From a virus (Duplodnaviria > Heunggongvirae > Uroviricota > Caudoviricetes): a DNA stretch of 64,000 bases. The DNA lies in the IMG/VR virus record IMGVR_UViG_3300042554_002914. The stretch is one strand, 5' to 3'. The notes beneath the pieces were generated by a model. That model made no database searches and was not told where the DNA came from. It worked only from the letters and a program-made list of their open reading frames with translations. Both the position numbers and the translations under genes were made by a program. Below, piece after piece: positions 43,579 to 53,544 of this stretch (positions are counted from its first letter, which is position 1; every line of letters starts with the position of its first letter).

Positions 43579-43685
43579 TTTGTTTTGCTGTGAGTTTTTA
43601 TAAGGTTGGCTGGTATTAGTAACTTGTATCTTAGGTTATTTTCAACGTTAAAGGCTATGTACATTGTGCAGTTTAAGGTGGGTTG

Positions 43686-44057
43686 CTAGAGAGGCTCGAA
43701 GTCGAAAAAAATAACGTTGTCTTGAGAAGGTTTGAGTTTCATGTATACCCTAGTGAGAAACTCCTGGGGTTCAGTGGGGTTGTTCCAGTATATGGGTTTG
43801 TACTCGTTATAGCTCAAGTCGCCCCGTGAGGTGAACATAAAGTATCTCTCAAGGCGCTCAAGACGATACTTACTGGACAGGATTTCCTCCCCATCTTGTT
43901 CTCTGACTTTCAGTTTGCGGTCTCTTCGAATGTAGTATACCAAATAATCACTCTTTCGGGTGAAAAGCCTGCGAAGAAACCCGGAATCGCGAAACTCAAA
44001 AGCGACCTCGTAGTCATAGCGGCCAAAGTCAAAATTGCTGAGGCTTACGTTTATCAT
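43686..44057 (-). CDS. Hypothetical protein
   Basis: 123 aa ORF. Confidence 0.5.
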   Translation of the reverse strand: MINVSLSNFDFGRYDYEVAFEFRDSGFLRRLFTRKSDYLVYYIRRDRKLKVREQDGEEILSSKYRLERLERYFMFTSRGDLSYNEYKPIYWNNPTEPQEFLTRVYMKLKPSQDNVIFFDFEPL

Positions 44058-44292
44058 TTGTCACCTACGAATAATGCCTTGGATCCCCCTTAAGCATAGC
44101 ATGGAGCTTATTCACGGCTTTCTCTAGGTTGACGCAACCACGTCTGTAGCAAGGTTTCATTTCTTCTTGAATAACGTATTTTAGAAATAAATCTGAAGCA
44201 TTGGCAAAGGTTTCAGGGTCCATGTTGCCATTATAGCGTTCTTACTAGGGGGAGCCAGTGGCAAAAACCGAACATACCCGGGCTATTAACCG

Positions 44293-44583
44293 TCATCGGC
44301 CCATGGCTTCTAGCCTAGTACGATTCCTGCCAACATGGTAGCCATCGCAGAATGCACATTTGTACGCACTGTATGTTCCTCCATATTTCCTGCCCATCGA
44401 AACAGCCGCTTTTATGGCCTTTTCCTTAGTTCTATACGGGATCTTTGGTTCCCCTGAGCTTAGGATAATGTGAGAGTTCTTGGAAAATAACCCCCAAGCC
44501 AACCCTGTAATTACAAAGTTATGGAAGGCTCGACCGAGGGGCAGCTGGTCCCGGATGGCAAGGATGAGATTTCGAATAGCCAT
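44293..44583 (-). CDS. Hypothetical protein with C-terminal CxxC..H motif
   Basis: YKCAFCDGYHVG. Confidence 0.6.
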   Translation of the reverse strand: MAIRNLILAIRDQLPLGRAFHNFVITGLAWGLFSKNSHIILSSGEPKIPYRTKEKAIKAAVSMGRKYGGTYSAYKCAFCDGYHVGRNRTRLEAMGR

Positions 44584-44707
44584 GGTGCTAATGGGTGGAT
44601 TTTGTATGGTGTTGGAGACGCCGCAGGATGTTTCAACGATTTACAATTTTCACGGGACGTGCTTTTTGATTTCTCTTGAAAGAAGATCTGGACCTATGGA
44701 CCCCAAT

Positions 44708-45901
44708 CTAAAACCCCTCTTTCTCAGTCTCCCTGAGGGCCACTCCGACCGGGAAAATCGGGACACCACTTGCACTCAGTTCTTGGTATCTGACTGTAAG
44801 GTACTTTGTTGTTGACAATATGTCCTCACGATTTTCGTAAAGAGACCTGCGGTATTCCATATCGCCTTCTGGCACGACAGTAAAGGTTTCAGTCTCAGTG
44901 GCTTTACATACAAAGATTGAAACACCTTTGAACCGGCCACCCCCTTCGATAATGTCAAGGACTTCAAACTCACCGTCCACGAAATCCTTCACCTTTTGCA
45001 ACTGGTTGTTCCGGTGTCCGATATCATACCCGCCAAGGTCGAACCTGACCATCGAACCCTCGTACCCGGATTCAACGAATTGACTGTGGTGAAAAATAAC
45101 GTCAGATGGGGACTCCACCTCGGCAGTAGGGGTTAGTATAACGTGAGATTCCCCTAAGGGAACCAGACTCTTCAAAATTTCAAACCGTTTGGAGAAAGGT
45201 CTCGAAGGATCAACAATGTCGTAGACCCAGTATACAAGCGTGGGGGACAACTCGGGACGAAACTTCTTGATCGCAGTCATTGTCTTTTGTAGCAGAGGGT
45301 TCCCCGGCAGAATGAGTTCTCCGTCCAGGATCACCCCCGGTGGCAATTTTCCGATTTCCTCTTTAATGTGTGCAATACACTCCGGAATAATCAACTTGCC
45401 ACCGCGAGACCACCCCCCACTATTGTCGAGTAGCATCCGTTGTCCATTCAGTTTAGGTTGCACGAATGCGGGCCAGGTTACCTTGTGGCCACGGTCCGAA
45501 AACTTATGGGCTAGCATTGGTAAGGGCAAAATCTCGGGCTCCTGCCCGATTTCAGCATATCCCTTATCAATTTGCTTTTTAAAGTCGCGCTCAATTTCTA
45601 GGTGGGCTTGTTGCTCCGCTGTGGTTGCGTTGGCCCGTCCGACATTTTTGGGATACACACAGTAAGGATCACTAAATTGCAAGGCTGAGCTTGAACCGTC
45701 ATTATTTATTTGCCAGTACGACGACTGTGTGAACCACTGCCCTCGGTCATCACAAAGAACGTGACCTTGCCAAAATTTGACCTTGCCGATGCGAGTTGTT
45801 GACTGAAGGACTGGTGTGCTGTGTGCGATTTTCATTTCTTTTGGGGGGGGGTTTAACTCGCGTTGTGGATCAGTTCCGGGTAAATCATTCGCTGTCATCA
45901 A
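44708..45901 (-). CDS. lig: ATP-dependent DNA ligase with N-terminal WGR-like domain
   Basis: PMLAH, QPKLNGQR, LDGEL, VYDI, YEGSMVR, KVKDF.D.EF, TVRYQ..FPV. Confidence 0.92.
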   Translation of the reverse strand: MMTANDLPGTDPQRELNPPPKEMKIAHSTPVLQSTTRIGKVKFWQGHVLCDDRGQWFTQSSYWQINNDGSSSALQFSDPYCVYPKNVGRANATTAEQQAHLEIERDFKKQIDKGYAEIGQEPEILPLPMLAHKFSDRGHKVTWPAFVQPKLNGQRMLLDNSGGWSRGGKLIIPECIAHIKEEIGKLPPGVILDGELILPGNPLLQKTMTAIKKFRPELSPTLVYWVYDIVDPSRPFSKRFEILKSLVPLGESHVILTPTAEVESPSDVIFHHSQFVESGYEGSMVRFDLGGYDIGHRNNQLQKVKDFVDGEFEVLDIIEGGGRFKGVSIFVCKATETETFTVVPEGDMEYRRSLYENREDILSTTKYLTVRYQELSASGVPIFPVGVALRETEKEGF

Positions 45902-45960
45902 CCTCGAAGTAGTCGTTAAGTTTCATGGACAGTTCATGGGGAATTTTCACTTCTCGCCCA

Positions 45961-46332
45961 TCAGCCAGACCCAAATTCCGTAAATCCTTTTTTCTTTTGC
46001 TTTTTAACGTCCCGCTCAATTTCCAAATATGCTTGTTGTTCAGCAGAGATTTCAGTGGATTTACCTACGTTTTTGGCCACTACGGGGAAAGCTTCGCTCC
46101 ATTGTGTGATCGACATAGTGCCGTCAACTTTCTGCCTCCAGAAAGACACTTGGGTAAACCATGCTCCGGCGCCATTGGAAACGACGTGACCTTGCCAAAA
46201 CTTGGGATCACCTGAACGGGCGATTATTGCTTGGAGGACTGGTGTGCTGTGTACGATTTTCATGGTTGGGGTGGTAATGGGGATAATGGGAAGGATAAGG
46301 GGAGATAACGGGAAGGACAGGATGCAGTGCAA
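45961..46332 (-). CDS. Stand-alone paralog of the ligase N-terminal (WGR-like) domain
   Basis: MKIVHSTPVLQ..KFWQGHV..KNVG..AEQQA.LEIERD.KKQ..KG matches the ligase N-terminus; likely start MKIVH. Confidence 0.75.
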   Translation of the reverse strand: MHCILSFPLSPLILPIIPITTPTMKIVHSTPVLQAIIARSGDPKFWQGHVVSNGAGAWFTQVSFWRQKVDGTMSITQWSEAFPVVAKNVGKSTEISAEQQAYLEIERDVKKQKKKGFTEFGSG

Positions 46333-46388
46333 GGACTAGATGGCACAATACCATCTCCATACCCAGTGTAGCACACTTTGCGGCCCTA

Positions 46389-47306
46389 TCAAGACAAGGC
46401 AAGCATCTTCTCAAGGGGCTTCAAGGCCCCCAATCTTAACTCCTCTTCAAGTTTAATCTCGGGTGTCAAATCCCGCAGACAATTGCGAACTTTTTCCAGA
46501 GTGGACAATTTCATCCAGGGGCAGTCATTACAACTACAACCATCTCGGCCAGGGACATCTAGGAATACCTTGTCGGGTGCAACCTGACTCATCTTATGGA
46601 TAATTCCTGGTTCTGTCAGGACGATGAATGTTTCTGCCGGGCTATCTTTCACCCTTTGCAGTAAAGCACTGGTAGAGCCCACAAAATCAGCAAGGCGCAA
46701 TAACGCTTCTTCGCATTCCGGGTGGGCAATAATTTCGCAGCCAGGGTTAGCTGTCCAGAGATCCATCAACGCTTCTTCGCTGAAAGCTTCGTGTACCTGG
46801 CAGCTGCCATCCCATAAAGTCAAATTTCGACCTGTTTGCTCAGCTACCCATCTGCCTAGGTTTCTATCGGGTGCGAACAAAATGGGCCTGTCTTTCGGGA
46901 TTTGGCTAACTAGGCGCACCGCATTACTGCTAGTGCAGATAAGATCGCTCTGGGCCTTAATTGCTGCTGAGCAATTTATATAACTGACTACATAGTGGTC
47001 GGGGTGCTCTGCACGAAACTTGGAAAAGTCACCCGGTAAACAAGCATCAGCCAAGCTACAACCTGCATTGATATCAGGAAGTAAGACGGTCTTCGATGGG
47101 TTAACAATCTTGGCAGTTTCAGCCATGAAGTGAACACCGCAAAACACAATCGTGTGTGCATTTGTCCCAGCAGCCTGGCGGGCAAGCTCAAGGGAATCGC
47201 CTACAAAATCCGCAATTTCCTGAATGGCTGGTTCCTGGTAGTAGTGGGCCAGGATTATGGCATTGCGTTTTTGCTTCAGTTCCAGGATTTCTTCGACTAT
47301 GTCCAT
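46389..47306 (-). CDS. nadA: Quinolinate synthase A
   Basis: [61 protein letters not shown]. Confidence 0.96.
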   Translation of the reverse strand: MDIVEEILELKQKRNAIILAHYYQEPAIQEIADFVGDSLELARQAAGTNAHTIVFCGVHFMAETAKIVNPSKTVLLPDINAGCSLADACLPGDFSKFRAEHPDHYVVSYINCSAAIKAQSDLICTSSNAVRLVSQIPKDRPILFAPDRNLGRWVAEQTGRNLTLWDGSCQVHEAFSEEALMDLWTANPGCEIIAHPECEEALLRLADFVGSTSALLQRVKDSPAETFIVLTEPGIIHKMSQVAPDKVFLDVPGRDGCSCNDCPWMKLSTLEKVRNCLRDLTPEIKLEEELRLGALKPLEKMLALS

Positions 47307-47400
47307 TGTTTTCTGTGGTTGTGTGCTGGATTGTCAAACTGAACGGAGACTAAACGGGCTAGAACTTGACAACACGTTCCGCTCCGTCATACGCACTAAA

Positions 47401-47613
47401 TCAATCCGTACATTCCTCCATGGTAATCTCAAATCCGGAAAATTCCCGCTGCGAAGGGAAGCGATCCTCGTAGTATCCGATTGGGCTCTCATACAGAGCT
47501 TGAACACTAGTAACCCTGTGGTCCGGGTATTGTGTTTCCAGAGAAGAAACCATGGCATCTTTCACGGCTTCGAGATCAAGTTTGACTTTGGCGAAGTGCC
47601 TGAGTTTAGTCAT
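47401..47613 (-). CDS. Hypothetical protein
   Basis: 70 aa; resembles the neighbouring ORF. Confidence 0.55.
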   Translation of the reverse strand: MTKLRHFAKVKLDLEAVKDAMVSSLETQYPDHRVTSVQALYESPIGYYEDRFPSQREFSGFEITMEECTD

Positions 47614-47846
47614 CGGTCCCAGTAAGAAGAATTACGAGTTTCTGAAGGTTTCAGAACGATCTCAACCCCTTCGAAAGTAGTGCCGCTAACTTCGTGCCTC
47701 ATGTCAGTTTGTGTGGAAACGTTGAATGAGATTTGATCCGCAACAAAGTTAGGGAAAGATTTCCCAACTTCTTGCCTAATTAGGGCTTCAATTTGAGTTT
47801 TTGTAAGCGATACCCGTACTGGGGTGTTATTAAAAAGGTTGCTCAT
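47610..47846 (-). CDS. Hypothetical protein
   Basis: 78 aa coupled ORF. Confidence 0.55.
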   Translation of the reverse strand: MSNLFNNTPVRVSLTKTQIEALIRQEVGKSFPNFVADQISFNVSTQTDMRHEVSGTTFEGVEIVLKPSETRNSSYWDR

Positions 47847-48081
47847 TGATGTGTGTGTTCAGGGGGGGGGGATTAAGTGCAGGGTCGATCGTAACGTACA
47901 AGCTGCTCATCGTTGGTAACGTAACTCTCACCGTACTCTCACCGTGGTTCATAAATGAAATGTCGGTGATCAAACTAAGCCTAACGTCTTTACAGGGGGA
48001 AGGCAAGCCGGAGAACTGGGCCAAAAGATTCGGGTAACCGCCCTACTTGTCAGGGCAATCACTCAGTCTCCCCATAGCCAA

Positions 48082-48282
48082 TCAGCGGCGGTAAGGGGAA
48101 GTCCAATAAGCTCGCCAAACGCTGATGCAAATAGCAAGCGTCGAAATAATGCCAATAAGACCTAGGAAGGTGGTAGCATTGCCGGTAAAATCTAGAGAGT
48201 CGGGGGCCATGGTTGATTGGTTGGTTGGTTGATTGTCAACTAAAGCAGGGTCAAAATTACATTCGACCCAGGACAAACTCAA
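48082..48282 (-). CDS. Small single-pass membrane protein (likely start MAPDS)
   Basis: FLGLIGIISTLAICISVW helix. Confidence 0.5.
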   Translation of the reverse strand: MSLSWVECNFDPALVDNQPTNQSTMAPDSLDFTGNATTFLGLIGIISTLAICISVWRAYWTSPYRR

Positions 48283-48502
48283 CTTCTTCTAAAGTCGCTT
48301 TTTCAGGGTCTACGAATTCCGCATAGATGTAATCTACAGGGAGACCATAAAAATCAGCCATTTTCTCACAAAGTACATACTTTAGGAGTTCTGGTTCATT
48401 AGAAGAGTCAATTAGCATTGTTTTTAGGGTGACTTTGGGTGTGAGACTGATGGCAGGAACGGCGAAGAACCCGGTACCAACCCCGTGAACCCATAGTACC
48501 AT
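48257..48502 (-). CDS. Hypothetical protein
   Basis: ORF after a sigma70-like promoter. Confidence 0.45.
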   Translation of the reverse strand: MVLWVHGVGTGFFAVPAISLTPKVTLKTMLIDSSNEPELLKYVLCEKMADFYGLPVDYIYAEFVDPEKATLEEVEFVLGRM

Positions 48503-48560
48503 ACAGAAAAGGGGAGTGTCAATCCCCGTGAACTATGGGTTCCTGCGACCCGCGCTCAAA

Positions 48561-48803
48561 TCAGTTATCATCACAACGGTTTCTCGAAGCTTCCCTGAGG
48601 TTGATTTCTGTCTCTAGGTTAATTAATTGCTTTAGGTATAATCCGTACTCCGACGAAATGAGATCCGCCAGGCAAGAATCATCCAATTTTTCTAAATATG
48701 ATCCTCCCAGCAAAGAGTTCGATTCCAAGTGTATCTCCTTCTTTCCAATTAACTGCCTGTAAAAGCTCATCAGGGAAGTCAAGAATGAGGTTGCCATTTT
48801 CAT
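48561..48803 (-). CDS. Hypothetical protein
   Basis: 80 aa ORF. Confidence 0.45.
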   Translation of the reverse strand: MKMATSFLTSLMSFYRQLIGKKEIHLESNSLLGGSYLEKLDDSCLADLISSEYGLYLKQLINLETEINLREASRNRCDDN

Positions 48804-48924
48804 CGGATGATAGTTTAGTAGTTAGCTGAGTGTTTTCGGTGGTTTCTGGGTTCAGGTTCATTTTGCTGAGGGGTTTGCTATTTAGTGTTAAAATAACGAG
48901 GTCAATCTCATGACAAGCACCCAT
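48679..48924 (-). CDS. AbrB/MazE-like swapped-hairpin protein
   Basis: GNLILDFPDELLQAVNWKEGDTL.IE. Confidence 0.65.
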   Translation of the reverse strand: MGACHEIDLVILTLNSKPLSKMNLNPETTENTQLTTKLSSDENGNLILDFPDELLQAVNWKEGDTLGIELFAGRIIFRKIG

Positions 48925-49345
48925 TTTCTATAATTTGTAGGTTTAACTTAGGGTCAGCCATTAGGAGATCATTCCTCATGTTTTGGATTCGTAACCTGTT
49001 TTTAGAAGTTGCCTGAAGTTTGGCGTGGCTTTGAACGACTGTTTTACCATCCATCTCCACTAATTCCAATGTACTTTCTGGGAAATTTCTGGGTGGGATC
49101 ATTGGGTTCTTGTAATCTTTTCGGTTGGTACTATAGTGACGCCGCTATCGTCTTCACCTTCTTCATGAAGGGATCTTGTAGCAGAGGCCACGGAAAGGAA
49201 TTCTCTCGCCATGCTGCTCCAACTTAAACCATCCCAATAGCAACCATCGGCTCTAACAACTAGAAACATCGGGTGACCTCCACTCTGCCACTAGCATAGC
49301 AGGATCGCCAGAAAAGTCAATGGGTTAGCCGAATGCTGTCAGCAA

Positions 49346-49780
49346 TCAGTGACCTAGGGCCTGCTGAAGCAAGCTTTGGTTGTGCAAAATTTCGCTAGAC
49401 ATTGATTGCAAGTAGTCTGCTAAGCCTACCATTCTCGGGTCCCCTTTGAAAGAACTTGTATATTCAAAGAATAATGAGACCATACCATTGACTGCCATTG
49501 TGTAGTCTAAAGTTAGGGCCAGCAACGACAAGCAGTCATAGGTTTGCATGGAAATAGCGGGACCAGAAAATTCGGGGAAATCTGGATTGTAACCACAACC
49601 ACGCAACCTTTCGATGAGGCCGTCCATTAGGCCGTTAAGAGAATCATATACCTGGTCAAACAGCAAATGGCATTCATAGAAATTACTACCACGTACATTC
49701 CAATGAGCCATGTGCAACACGATGGTTGCATCATTCAGGAGTTTAACAGTTTTTTTAGCATAGACAGTGAGTTCTTCCAT
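49346..49780 (-). CDS. dps: Dps/ferritin-like protein
   Basis: HMAHWNVRG.NF..CH.LFD..Y..D.LIERLR. Confidence 0.8.
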   Translation of the reverse strand: MEELTVYAKKTVKLLNDATIVLHMAHWNVRGSNFYECHLLFDQVYDSLNGLMDGLIERLRGCGYNPDFPEFSGPAISMQTYDCLSLLALTLDYTMAVNGMVSLFFEYTSSFKGDPRMVGLADYLQSMSSEILHNQSLLQQALGH

Positions 49781-49807
49781 TGGGTGCTTCAGGGTGCTTC
49801 AGGGTGC

Positions 49808-50101
49808 TTAGGGTGCTTTTAGATACATTTCAATAGCAACTTGATCATCTGATGATTCACATAATGCCAGGAATTCTTTGTCTGGATTATAATTAGCTAG
49901 ACTTGTAATCAAGCTGTTTTCAAACTCAAAATAATCCCCCCCTTTATCGAAATTTTTTAAAAATTGTAGCACATCAGCCCAGGACAAAAATTTACAGTCG
50001 GACGACGTATAAAAGTGAGCGCCCCTTTGGCCCAAGTGTGCCTCAAAACTCTCCATTAGGTAGGGATTATCCATAGCAACCATCAGTAACGAATCTGCCA
50101 T
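49808..50101 (-). CDS. Hypothetical protein
   Basis: 97 aa ORF. Confidence 0.55.
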   Translation of the reverse strand: MADSLLMVAMDNPYLMESFEAHLGQRGAHFYTSSDCKFLSWADVLQFLKNFDKGGDYFEFENSLITSLANYNPDKEFLALCESSDDQVAIEMYLKAP

Positions 50102-50703
50102 TTACCGTCAGACTTTTCGCTGATTTTGAATGGGAATTTTTTAGAAGTTGCATCCGGGGGTGAATCATAGAAGATCCCAGCAAAAGACTTCCCATCTTCG
50201 GCCATCAGATAATTATTGGCTGCATTAGGGGGATTGCCGTTACGGTCGGTAACATTAGTTACCCCATCAAGATAGACAGAGGAAATTACTTTCTTAAAGA
50301 ACAGTTCCATCTTGCCAGATTGACCTTCGTCACCCTCGGCAAAGTCAAATTCACCCTCGGCAAAGTCGGCGTCTGGCTCTATTTGATGCAGGAGTTTAGA
50401 GGATTGAATTTCTTCGGTGAACTCTGGATTTGGCCACTCATCTGGGCTAGTCTTAATCAGGGATTCAACTACTTTGATATAGTCTTCATAGGTAGTTCCC
50501 TCGGCAAAGTCAACTTTGCTAAGTTGGGACAAAAGGGACACAGTACCGTCTGAATATGAGTGGTCTAGGGATGACAAATAGGATTCTGGAACCGTGGAAA
50601 AATCTCCACCGGTCGCTTCCCATAACACATCGACTGCCTTTTTAGCTGCAGCAGTGAATGTATCGTCCTTGTCAAAATAAGGATTTTTATCTATATGTAG
50701 CAT
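50083..50703 (-). CDS. Hypothetical acidic protein (DFAEG repeats)
   Basis: 206 aa ORF. Confidence 0.6.
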   Translation of the reverse strand: MLHIDKNPYFDKDDTFTAAAKKAVDVLWEATGGDFSTVPESYLSSLDHSYSDGTVSLLSQLSKVDFAEGTTYEDYIKVVESLIKTSPDEWPNPEFTEEIQSSKLLHQIEPDADFAEGEFDFAEGDEGQSGKMELFFKKVISSVYLDGVTNVTDRNGNPPNAANNYLMAEDGKSFAGIFYDSPPDATSKKFPFKISEKSDGKWQIRY

Positions 50704-50760
50704 GATAGTTAGATGACCGGTTGATTTTACCCGAAGGTTATCCTAGTTTTACCTTATCGA

Positions 50761-51834
50761 TCACTTCAGCGTGTACCACCCTTCCCCCCAGAGATTATCC
50801 AAATCTGTGAATACCTTGTCGTACCTCCTGCCGCAAGCTTCAAGGCTGTAGCGACCCCGGGCAATTTTTGCTATCTTATGGCGATCCAGGTCTCCAGCAT
50901 TGTGGCAAGCATCGACCCAATCTTGTAACGTATGGCAACGGAACCCGGTAGTCCCCTCAATGACGGTTTCTGTAAAGGCCCCGTAATCTACTCCGATAAG
51001 GGGGGTCCCACACAACATACCCTCAACACCGGACCCACCAAAAGGCTCAGTAAATGTCGTGGGCATAAGGCAAGCACGGGCATTTCGTAGGAAGTCATTT
51101 CGTTCTTTACCTTTTAGGGGACCAACATAGCGAATGTTAGGGTGTTGCCACGGGGTAGGGTCCCCCTGACCAGCCAGGAAAATAGGGTATGGCACATGGT
51201 CTGCAAGTGCTTTGATTGTGTCTAAGCCCTTGAGGGGAGTTATCCTGCCGAGGAACGCCAAGTATTCTCCGGTCTCTAATGATGGTTGCCAATCATCAAG
51301 GTCGAAATAATTAGGGATGACCCACTCATAGTTATGGCCATTCCGATTCTCTTTCCCTTGGTGATAGTGCATCCATGCATAGGATTCGTAAATCTTTTTA
51401 GTGCCAACCATGGTGGTCGGATACCCGATTCCAGTCTCAACATGTGTGTTTTTAGGAAATTCACCCAACAGCATAGAATGGGCATGGCCGAATGGGTGGC
51501 AAATTATGTCACGGGTTTGAACACGTTTATGTAATGCCGGGATCAGTCGAGATTCAAAAAGCTGGTGCCCCTCGGTGCCAACTGTAGCGTCGTCCCCATG
51601 GAAACTGGTACCGGGACGGTTGCCGTATAACCGGCCAAATTCTGGTTCCGTAAGCATAGTAACATGTTCAGATGCGTTGGCTTCGGAACCTTCATTTGCG
51701 TATTCGATTACGGTGTAACCCTGCGCCATCATCATCTTTGCAAAGCGTAATGCCTTGCCAGTGAATGCACAATGGCTATATTGTTGGGTAGGTTGAGTGT
51801 GGAAAATTCCGATGAGGTGTAGGGTTGGTTTCAT
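50761..51834 (-). CDS. GT-B (family 4-like) glycosyltransferase
   Basis: AFLGRI..LKG, L..ARACLMPT.F.EPFG..VEGMLCGTP.I..D.GAF.E. Confidence 0.9.
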   Translation of the reverse strand: MKPTLHLIGIFHTQPTQQYSHCAFTGKALRFAKMMMAQGYTVIEYANEGSEANASEHVTMLTEPEFGRLYGNRPGTSFHGDDATVGTEGHQLFESRLIPALHKRVQTRDIICHPFGHAHSMLLGEFPKNTHVETGIGYPTTMVGTKKIYESYAWMHYHQGKENRNGHNYEWVIPNYFDLDDWQPSLETGEYLAFLGRITPLKGLDTIKALADHVPYPIFLAGQGDPTPWQHPNIRYVGPLKGKERNDFLRNARACLMPTTFTEPFGGSGVEGMLCGTPLIGVDYGAFTETVIEGTTGFRCHTLQDWVDACHNAGDLDRHKIAKIARGRYSLEACGRRYDKVFTDLDNLWGEGWYTLK

Positions 51835-51942
51835 TTTGTGGTTATTGGAAATTTTATAGTAAGGTACTTAAAGTTAATTGGTGCCACGGGCCAGATAGAA
51901 TATCGAAGTGTGGCATGGCGGAGGCAGAAGGGACCCAGGGTG

Positions 51943-52809
51943 CTACACCGTTGGAGCGTTAACCTTGTACGGGTGGTCTGCGGCTAGGATGCTCTGTAAA
52001 TTCCACCCAGCCACGGGACCGGCCAAATAACCCTCCACTAGCTGAACGGTGGCAAGGTTAGTGCCAGGGGGAAGAATAACAATCTCATATATCTCCCCAG
52101 TAAGTGGAAGCGTGTTGTTGCCAAGCGCCCCAAGTTGCATCTGGAATGAAGCATTCCCAGTAGCAGCAGTAAATGTATCTATGTTATTCTGGATTGAGAC
52201 GCCATTGATTCTGATTATTGACCGGTTTGCAGCTATTGCGCTGCCGGGGTTACCGATATGCGAAATTATGACAGGCGTACCGCTTGGGTGTGCGTTGTCT
52301 GCTGTCAGATTTACTGCCGTGACCTGACCCGAGGTTCCTCTTGATATTAGGACAAGCGCTCTGTCGTTTCGGGGAGGACTAACTCTGTCATCGTAGAGTA
52401 AGTAGAAACCCGTGTTGGCGGAGAAGGCACCATTTGTTCCCAGCAAGCCGTAAACCGCATTAGGGTTACTGCTGTTTCCGGCTTTCCATACGGCTACGAT
52501 AGTTGCGCCTGCGCCAGCTGCAGTATGCAGGAAATTCCACGTTGCTGCCGAACTGGTAGAGGTAAGCCACTGTGAGCCGTTAAAGGTCAGACCGGCTTTA
52601 CCGTTCAACGCATTTGGCGTAATGGTAGGCTGAGTTCCGCTAGTCGCTTGGTTGAAATTGCGCCCATTCCCTTTTCTGTCCCGCAGCTGAGAAACCCCTG
52701 TTGCGATCGTAGTCGTAGCCGTATCGTACGGCGCCCCCCACCACTCGGTGGCAGTTTGGGTTGGGGTCCATAGAGTTGTCCCCCCCCTCCGCCTAGGAAC
52801 AATAATCAC
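51943..52809 (-). CDS. Putative virion/tail protein with LamG/ConA-like beta-sandwich
   Basis: GTG start at 52809 with GAGGT RBS; Thr/Gly-rich; GEIYEIVI..VEGYLA. Confidence 0.7.
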   Translation of the reverse strand: MIIVPRRRGGTTLWTPTQTATEWWGAPYDTATTTIATGVSQLRDRKGNGRNFNQATSGTQPTITPNALNGKAGLTFNGSQWLTSTSSAATWNFLHTAAGAGATIVAVWKAGNSSNPNAVYGLLGTNGAFSANTGFYLLYDDRVSPPRNDRALVLISRGTSGQVTAVNLTADNAHPSGTPVIISHIGNPGSAIAANRSIIRINGVSIQNNIDTFTAATGNASFQMQLGALGNNTLPLTGEIYEIVILPPGTNLATVQLVEGYLAGPVAGWNLQSILAADHPYKVNAPTV

Positions 52810-52876
52810 TGGTTGTACCTCACGATTCGGTAGCCCAGCGGCAGGGGTGATCCATGGTGGGGGGAAACGCAATCCA

Positions 52877-53539
52877 TCATTCCTCGATTCCATTAACCCA
52901 ACCCGCGAGTTGCTGCCCGTTGGCATCAATTGTAGCCATTTTGCTAAACGGCCAATCATCGATGTTGCCAGATTCTCCGGCTTCTTCAATTTTTGCGTAA
53001 AGCTGGGCCAACCTGGCGTCATTATGAAATGATGCCTGTAGCAGCGCTTCATGTCGCGCAATCAATGCAGTGTATTCTGGTAGCCTATTGTTAGCCGCTA
53101 CTTGTTTTTCTGCATAGGCTAACTTTTCAGTGTAACCATTCTCTTGTGGCCATAGTTGATTATTATTTTGTTCAGCGTATCCCTTAGCCAGCGTTTTCAA
53201 TTCGGCCTTGCTGCGGCGCTTGGTAGTTTGAGTCTCTTCGTAGGTTCCCTGAGGGTGGCCGACTGGGGGCTTTGGGGTTGTGGGCTTTAAGACTCGGCCG
53301 CTGTTCGCTTCGTCAATTACACGCAGTTCGGGGTCAAATGGGACCGGGGTGAATGGTACCAATTCAAAATATTCGGCGGCCTGGTCATGCTCTCCGCCAA
53401 ACAGGAATGGCCATCGGACCCCATTGGGGTTAAGAATCTGACCATCGACGACGGGCACATAGAGCGACACGCTTTGGCCTTCTAGGGGGCCTTCGGTGAA
53501 AAACTCGACGCCGGTTGTGGGGTTGGTGGTGGTAGTCAT
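52877..53539 (-). CDS. Putative tail-associated protein
   Basis: 220 aa ORF inside structural cluster. Confidence 0.6.
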   Translation of the reverse strand: MTTTTNPTTGVEFFTEGPLEGQSVSLYVPVVDGQILNPNGVRWPFLFGGEHDQAAEYFELVPFTPVPFDPELRVIDEANSGRVLKPTTPKPPVGHPQGTYEETQTTKRRSKAELKTLAKGYAEQNNNQLWPQENGYTEKLAYAEKQVAANNRLPEYTALIARHEALLQASFHNDARLAQLYAKIEEAGESGNIDDWPFSKMATIDANGQQLAGWVNGIEE

Positions 53540-53544
53540 TGGGA

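Noticed and set aside
52810-53061. 5' extension of ORF 51943..53061
   Set aside because: Overlaps the upstream gene; a GTG with RBS at 52809 is the better start
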